A stretch of 36,274 bases of DNA from Nemertoderma westbladi (taxonomy: Eukaryota > Animalia > Xenacoelomorpha): positions 1-36,274 of the forward strand of contig JAUCBJ010005947.1 in the NCBI GenBank assembly GCA_032718475.1, written 5' to 3'. Made by a program: the position numbers and the translations under genes. The stretch's first letter is position 1. Every line of letters begins with the position of its first letter. This document shows positions 33,301-36,274 of this stretch, piece after piece. The notes below the pieces were generated by a model. It was not told where the DNA came from, ran no database searches, and worked only from the letters and a program-made list of their open reading frames with translations.

Positions 33301-34400
33301 TACCTGCTACCGCGGTAGTAGTGTCTACAATGCTACCGCGGTAGTAGTGTCTACCTGCTACCGCGGTAGTAGTGTCTACATGCCAGCTGATACCGCGGTT
33401 GTTGTGTCTACCTGCTACCGAGGTAGTAGTCTACCTGCTACGGCGGTATTAGTGTCTACCTGCTACCGCGGTAGTGGTGTCTACCTGCTACCGCGGTAGT
33501 AGTCTACCTGCTACCGCGTTAGTAGTGTCTAACTGCTACCACGGTAGAGGTTTCTACCTGCTACCGCGGTAGTAGTGTCTACCTGCTACCGCGGTAGTAG
33601 TGTCTAACTGCTACCGCGGTAGTAGTGTCTACCTGCTACAGCGGAGTAGTGTCTACAATGCTACCGCGGTAGTAGTGTCTACCTGCTACCGCGGTAGTAG
33701 TGTCAACCTGCTACCGCGGTAGTAGTGTCTACCTGCTACCGCGGTAGTAGTGTCTAACTGCTACCGCGGTAGTAGTGTCTACCTGCTACCGCGGTAGTAG
33801 TGTCTACAATGCTACCGCGGTAGTAGTGTATACCTGCTACCGCGGTAGTAGTGTCTACCTGCTACCGCGGTAGTAGTGTCTACCTGCTACCGCGGTAGTA
33901 GTGTCTACCTGCTACCGCGGTAGTAGTGTCTACCTGCTACCGCGGTAGTAGTGTCTACAATGCTACCGCGGTAGTAGTGTCTACCTGCTACCGCGGTAGT
34001 AGTGCCTACACTACCTGTTACCCGGGTAACATAAGTACAGCATGTAGGCCGACACCTTCGACAAATGTTATTCAGTTGCATAAGATGTTGGCTGGTAGAA
34101 AAAAACATTGAGAGGTGCCGTTCTGTGGGCCAGATCACGTTTTAGTTAATTAAAAACAATTCGAGATTTCTTAAACTAAAAACTAACGTCTAATTTGATG
34201 TTGGGGTTACTGTCTATCTGTTCTTCTGCGAGTAACTGAGCCGTTTCAACCACCAAATCAATATCTTGTTTAATGCGGTTGATGTAGGAATTCAGGAATT
34301 CAGTTTCTGCTGTGACAAATTGTTGTAAATCCAAGAGATTGAGGGAGTATTTATTTGCCTCTCCGTTACCAGTGACGACATAATGGTCCTTAATGTAGTG
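3218..34400 (-). CDS. CACNA2D: Voltage-dependent calcium channel alpha2/delta subunit-like gene (partial; 13 exons listed separately)
   Basis: The spliced translation has alpha2delta hallmarks in order: [54 protein letters not shown] (MIDAS), ANCEKVIMILTD, LKWLACNNRGYY, GIYIDV, LVGVVAMDI, RLGPTGYMFLLDQTGNVMTHP, RYIRELSYKY, ISPWMYC. All introns are GT-AG and phases are compatible. Paralog number is not assignable. Confidence 0.92.
3440..3525 (-). mobile_element. tRNA-derived SINE-like head (degenerate)
   Basis: Minus strand has an A-box-like AGTGAAGTTGG and a B-box GAGTTCGAGCC (3464-3474). No clean acceptor stem. Confidence 0.5.
3685..3890 (-). CDS. CACNA2D: alpha2delta exon: RYIRELSYKYCYRKIADTPYVFFGAVP...HEVLISP(W)
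   Basis: ttccAG acceptor, GTaaat donor, 206 bp. Resembles the RYIDKGNRTYTWTPV segment of alpha2delta-1. Confidence 0.85.
3993..4051. repeat. Perfect 20-bp inverted repeat around an AT spacer (mini-hairpin element)
   Basis: TTCTAGAACATAGTATATAT ... ATATATACTATGTTCTAGAA. Confidence 0.85.
4167..4663. mobile_element. Foldback MITE with ~190-bp imperfect inverted arms, TA-flanked (copy 1)
   Basis: TA|CAGGCTCCAGCC ... GGCTGGAGCCTG|TA. Internal arms TTTGGGTAGA.TTCACCAAA.GGT.GCGCTGGTTTT and ACATAGCAACG.AGGAAATTGCCAT have reverse-complement partners. The ends are Tc1/mariner-like (inference). Confidence 0.75.
4966..5462. mobile_element. Foldback MITE (copy 2, created by the tandem duplication)
   Basis: Same sequence as 4167-4663 at +799. 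Confidence 0.75.
5601..15591. repeat. 46-bp (some 47-bp) GC-rich satellite, ~215 copies, intronic
   Basis: Consensus CAGCACTGAGTCCGGCTCGGYCCTCGAACCAAACGCGGGAAGCACA. Monomers start at 5601, 5647 and so on. Highly homogeneous, with higher-order duplications. Confidence 0.98.
16850..17134 (-). mobile_element. tRNA-derived SINE
   Basis: A box TGGTGTAGTGG and B box GGTTCAACCC, followed by a body with AAAATGAGTACTGGGTTTCCTCTGGGG, which resembles conserved invertebrate SINE central domains. The 3' boundary is approximate. Confidence 0.65.
17263..17448 (-). CDS. CACNA2D: alpha2delta exon: RKYIWSTLQVSFFNLE...HWLVLPAYKP
   Basis: atgcAG acceptor, GTaagc donor, 186 bp, phase 0/0. Links the Cache exon to the 3685-3890 exon. 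Confidence 0.75.
18627..18866 (-). CDS. CACNA2D: alpha2delta exon (Cache): GLGLLTTISKAAY...LVGVVAMDI...RLGPTGYMFLLDQTGNVMTHPYLNMQ
   Basis: ttccAG acceptor, GTaatc donor, 240 bp. Classic Cache motif GYxFxxDxxGxVxxHP. Confidence 0.92.
19761..19835 (-). CDS. CACNA2D: alpha2delta exon: VMSRRFALSEAPIQFHFSGIYIDVQ
   Basis: ccttAG acceptor, GTgagt donor, 75 bp, phase 0/0. Confidence 0.85.
19875..19995. repeat. (CCAAC)n microsatellite, left remnant, degenerating to (CACAA/CACAC)n
   Basis: Read directly. Abuts the 3' LTR. Confidence 0.95.
19996..20103 (-). repeat. 3' LTR (108 bp)
   Basis: Four mismatches versus 24968-25075. PPT GAAAGGAAGTAG at 20104-20115 (minus strand). Confidence 0.95.
20241..23465 (-). 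pseudogene. pol: Pol (protease, RT, RNase H, integrase), interrupted by TGA at 20678-20676
   Basis: LVDSGT; WVSPIV, RLCLDLR, RLPYG, LEDD; CDASPIGLGA, YPQIERE, NDHKPL; HEGHPG...CHTC, D-D-E (IAID, VSDN, SNGMIER). ORF 20241-20672 is in the same frame immediately after the stop and is the integrase C-terminus. Confidence 0.9.
23462..24529 (-). CDS. gag: Gag
   Basis: ATG (MAAKYP) at 24529. Capsid-like segment RHRFLNRRQQPGETIPEF...LRDTFISGI. Mag-type double knuckle CRFC...H....CPAYGQHCKRCGELHH...C. Confidence 0.9.
   Translation of the reverse strand: MAAKYPIPQQLNTTADDMVLEFSDWKQSFNFWADATELRNEDNGIAKQVGALMTMIGKQAQKIAQQNFVYDIARPKNLDNLLEDFERYFAPWRNLLVMRHRFLNRRQQPGETIPEFFTSLSQLASHCDLASETPETRLRDTFISGIKGDELRRQLLEQPSDATLQLIRNAASAYEAAVSSHKELSGFSSPNNTASDVLAVQSRQSQYPYRPISGQIRQAPPRSTTTTIYIRNCRFCCQSHKKGACPAYGQHCKRCGELHHTGNSILCKKESKPFLRRSHPKPSFGGSSAGPNRSFPTARVQPHSNVHNVMDYADGEYEYDSYGEEVCFNKFEQIDLTDEIDNAVNNLLLKKLIAP
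24957..24966 (-). promoter_or_regulatory. Primer-binding site TGGCGCAGTG (probably tRNA-Ser 3' end)
   Basis: Begins 1 nt after the 5' LTR and is complementary to ...CACUGCG-CCA. The tRNA identity is inferred. Confidence 0.7.
24968..25075 (-). repeat. 5' LTR (108 bp)
   Basis: TG...CA ends with a 7-bp terminal inverted repeat, followed on the minus strand by the PBS. Confidence 0.95.
25076..25630. repeat. (CCAAC)n microsatellite, ~110 units
   Basis: Read directly. It starts 9 nt into the intron after the 25640 donor. Confidence 0.98.
25640..25759 (-). CDS. CACNA2D: alpha2delta exon: VGSNVDDEYGLKWLACNNRGYYTKIYSPESIRLRTLDYYM
   Basis: ttgtAG acceptor, GTtagt donor, 120 bp. Matches the WMACENKGYY motif at the end of the VWA domain. 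Confidence 0.9.
25845..26530 (-). mobile_element. 5'-truncated RTE-clade LINE 3' fragment
   Basis: IWKSDLSRHLKTKFFRATVESVFLYGGET...RRLRFSGHCWR...RGRPAITYIDQL is a typical RTE C-terminus. A degenerate VGLHINASKTEFI lies upstream. The stop codon runs directly into a (TAG)4 tail. Confidence 0.85.
27081..27203 (+). pseudogene. RTE-type RT fragment, opposite orientation
   Basis: Translates as AQILALRRLIVSKNLPAVLTFMDFKKAFDTINRGNMLEILR. Confidence 0.8.
27395..27526 (-). CDS. CACNA2D: alpha2delta exon: IAGSAANCEKVIMILTDIGDDSAENVINTRNKGEGPRVRIFPFK
   Basis: atatAG acceptor, GTatag donor, 132 bp. Matches ANCNKIIMLFTDG...VRVFTF. Confidence 0.88.
27727..28135. mobile_element. MITE with terminal and internal inverted repeats
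   Basis: TAG(G/T)CGAGTCAATCTAGC TIRs. Internal IR GTCAAAGGGTACAAA / TTTGTACCCTTTGAC. Facing GGTTAGGGTTAG / TAACCCTCACCCTAA motifs. Confidence 0.7.
28239..28337 (-). CDS. CACNA2D: alpha2delta exon: MLRRCLEDSYVVSPNLISNLTNVLHTALLTHHQ
   Basis: ttacAG acceptor, GTgagc donor, 99 bp, phase 0/0. Fills the expected VWA segment. Confidence 0.78.
28726..28818 (-). CDS. CACNA2D: alpha2delta exon: YSNNVNYIIPCFNDTLDDGPFLVRATVHNKQ
   Basis: ttttAG acceptor, GTgcgt donor, 93 bp. Matches CF...LVQANVRNK. Confidence 0.88.
29172..29395 (-). CDS. CACNA2D: alpha2delta exon: ...[37 protein letters not shown]...DHDYINIIV
   Basis: ttttAG acceptor, GTaagt donor, 224 bp. Contains the RxRPWY motif and the MIDAS DxSxS. 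Confidence 0.95.
29947..30090 (-). CDS. CACNA2D: alpha2delta exon: (S)PDILRELIWTKGFEPILKKN...[17 protein letters not shown](G)
   Basis: tcttAG acceptor, GTacaa donor, 144 bp, phase 1/1. VWA_N motif WQxFxSxTG. Confidence 0.92.
30141..31434. repeat. 37-bp (37-40) minisatellite, ~34 copies
   Basis: Consensus CTATTAGTATAATAGACCAGCTGGTACTGACGTCACC. Fills ~95% of intron 30091-31442. Confidence 0.97.
31443..31584 (-). CDS. CACNA2D: alpha2delta exon: KNETWKNE...[22 protein letters not shown]
   Basis: ttatAG acceptor, GTgagt donor, 142 bp. Matches VHIPTDIYEG. Confidence 0.88.
31832..34010. repeat. 25-bp (22-31) palindromic minisatellite, ~85-90 copies
   Basis: Consensus CTACCTGCTACCGCGGTAGTAGTGT, with core palindrome CTACCGCGGTAG. 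Confidence 0.97.
34188..34400 (-). CDS. CACNA2D: alpha2delta N-terminal helical exon: HYIKDHYVV...LVVETAQLLAEEQIDSNPNIKLD
   Basis: ttgtAG acceptor, GTtagt donor, 213 bp open frame, phase 0/0. Amphipathic helix pattern as expected at this position. Confidence 0.75.
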
Positions 34401-34674
34401 CTACAAAATAAATAGACCAACACACTAAGAAGTTATTACACTGTTAGTAGGTGAAAGTACCGCTGTGTGGCCCCTTTCTCTGAGGGAATACATCAACTAT
34501 CAATAGTTTTTTGCAGCACAGGTTCAAATCAGACCAAAGTGTGTAAAGATTTTGCACACGGAATCCACCTGCAGTTGTTTCCCTGTCTGTACTGTCCTTC
34601 TATATTTTATTATATTAGCCAATGTTTTCGTATTAAATAATATTGAAATTAGAAATGGGACTTTATTTATTTAC

Positions 34675-34798
34675 CTGTGTCAGAGGAAGAAGACAGAGAG
34701 AGGTGGCTGGCAGGTGTCGGAGGATGTATCTGGGGCGATAAACCCACGTAAATCTTTCAGGAAATTCGTTTTAAAATTGATTCACCCACGGTGTAACT
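34675..34798 (-). other. Candidate upstream alpha2delta exon (VTPWVNQF...) with a disrupted frame
   Basis: Good tattttcAG acceptor and CAG/GTaaat donor. The start resembles IKSWVDKM of alpha2delta-1, but all three frames contain a stop (TAA at 34773-34771 in the phase-compatible frame). Confidence 0.5.
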
Positions 34799-34992
34799 CT
34801 GAAAATAATATATATTTGGAAATTGGTTTGGAAGATAAATTTGGGAAGATTATTGAAATATGTTAAACTCCATAAATTCGTTTGATGCCACTTTGACACC
34901 CTTTAATGGAGATATTTGCCCATAAAAACAAACAAGATAAGACCAAATGTTATATTATTATCGAACATTGGGAGCGGGAACTAAATTCAAAA

Positions 34993-35026
<34 letters not shown>

Positions 35027-36274
35027 ATAACACTGATACTCAGCACTGTGATTAAAAAATTGAATGTATATTTATTTATTTCTATTAGAATTAATGTACA
35101 GGACGAGTGCGACGAGGGTTGTAATGAAGACCAGGGTAAACCACATGGTTTAGCATAATTTACGATATGTAATTTTTATCCAATACTGATAATGGAATGT
35201 TAAGGTACTGTATATATGGGGCCAGATTTTACAGGACGAACGCAACGAGTTTTGCAGTGGGTAGTTACCCATCCGCCATAAATCAACAATTATTACACGC
35301 ACAATTTCGAGACTTTGCTTAGTCATAAAGGAAGTCAGTCTGCTCTAAGGAAACAATTTTGAAACACAACAGGACGAGCTCAACGAGGCTAACGAAGGAG
35401 AACAGTATTGTAAAACTAATAATAGCATACTTAACTTAAATAGCCCTAGTTAGTACAGTAGGTTTACAAATTACAGTTAAAACGTGTAAGGGCAAACTGA
35501 ACTGGATCTCTGTTTTTTACAACCAGTTTAATGCAAACTGAAAGCATCTCTCATTGATGTTTTGTGAATGACAGTTTTCATATACTGTATCTAATAGAAA
35601 TTAGGTACAATTTCTTATATAGGCTACCGTGCTGCACGAAGGCCCCACAACGTGGTCTGCAATACCTAATAAAATTGGTTTGGGACTAAGTTTACTGGGT
35701 ACTCAACTCATTGCCTACGATATTAAATAAGATGGGATGAAGGGATGTGTAAGTTACTATTACATAAAGAATGTAAATAGGCAGCATTAAAAGTGGCAGA
35801 TAGGGGGGGGGGGGGGGGGGGGGGGGGGGGGAACTGGACGCAATAAAAATTCATCCCTCTCCAGGGGAAATTGGACGCAAATAACAGCTGGTTTCTCTCA
35901 AAAATAAAACTGTATCCCGTGTCTATTGTGTTTAGTTTATTGTTTTGGTTAAAATAACGTGCCACTGTAACCTGGTCCTTTCCCTAAATTGAGAATTTAA
36001 CATTGAGGGAGATATTAATTCGCCAAGATGGCATTTGAGTCCAATTTCCTCCCTGTCTCAAAAAGTGGAGGAGGGGGGGGGGGGGGGGGGGGGGGGGAAT
36101 TGTCCCTCTACAATGTCATATGCTACTCATAATGTATCATACACTAATGGTATAACAATATAATCACGTTTCTTTTAGATTTATTGTATAACAACTTACG
36201 TTGAGGCCGCCATTATTAGATGCCATTTTAATAGAAAAATTATAATAATTTGACAATATATCATATTGAAAGTG

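Noticed and set aside
32605-34138. Short ORFs such as STCYRGSS/ATAVVV repeats
   Set aside because: They are translations of the 25-bp minisatellite.

Overview
Eukaryotic (animal-type, AT-rich) genomic DNA. The backbone is a minus-strand, multi-exon gene for a voltage-gated Ca2+ channel alpha2/delta (CACNA2D-family; VWA_N/dCache-VWA-Cache) subunit. The ORF track largely misses it. I traced 13 GT-AG exons with consistent phases (34400->3218, about 660 codons) plus one upstream candidate exon that carries an in-frame stop. The introns are packed with mobile and repetitive DNA: an uninterrupted APE-RT LINE ORF (1-2625) with a tandemly repeated 3' UTR and (TAA)n tail; a full-length but mutated Mag-like Ty3/Gypsy element with 108-bp LTRs inserted into a (CCAAC)n tract; RTE fragments; tRNA-derived SINEs; and MITEs. 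Four introns each carry their own unrelated tandem array: a ~10-kb 46-bp satellite, (CCAAC)n, a 37-bp CRE/E-box palindrome array and a 25-bp palindrome array. The three ~3400-aa 'ORFs' are artefacts of the 46-bp satellite. All calls are by eye, with no database searches.
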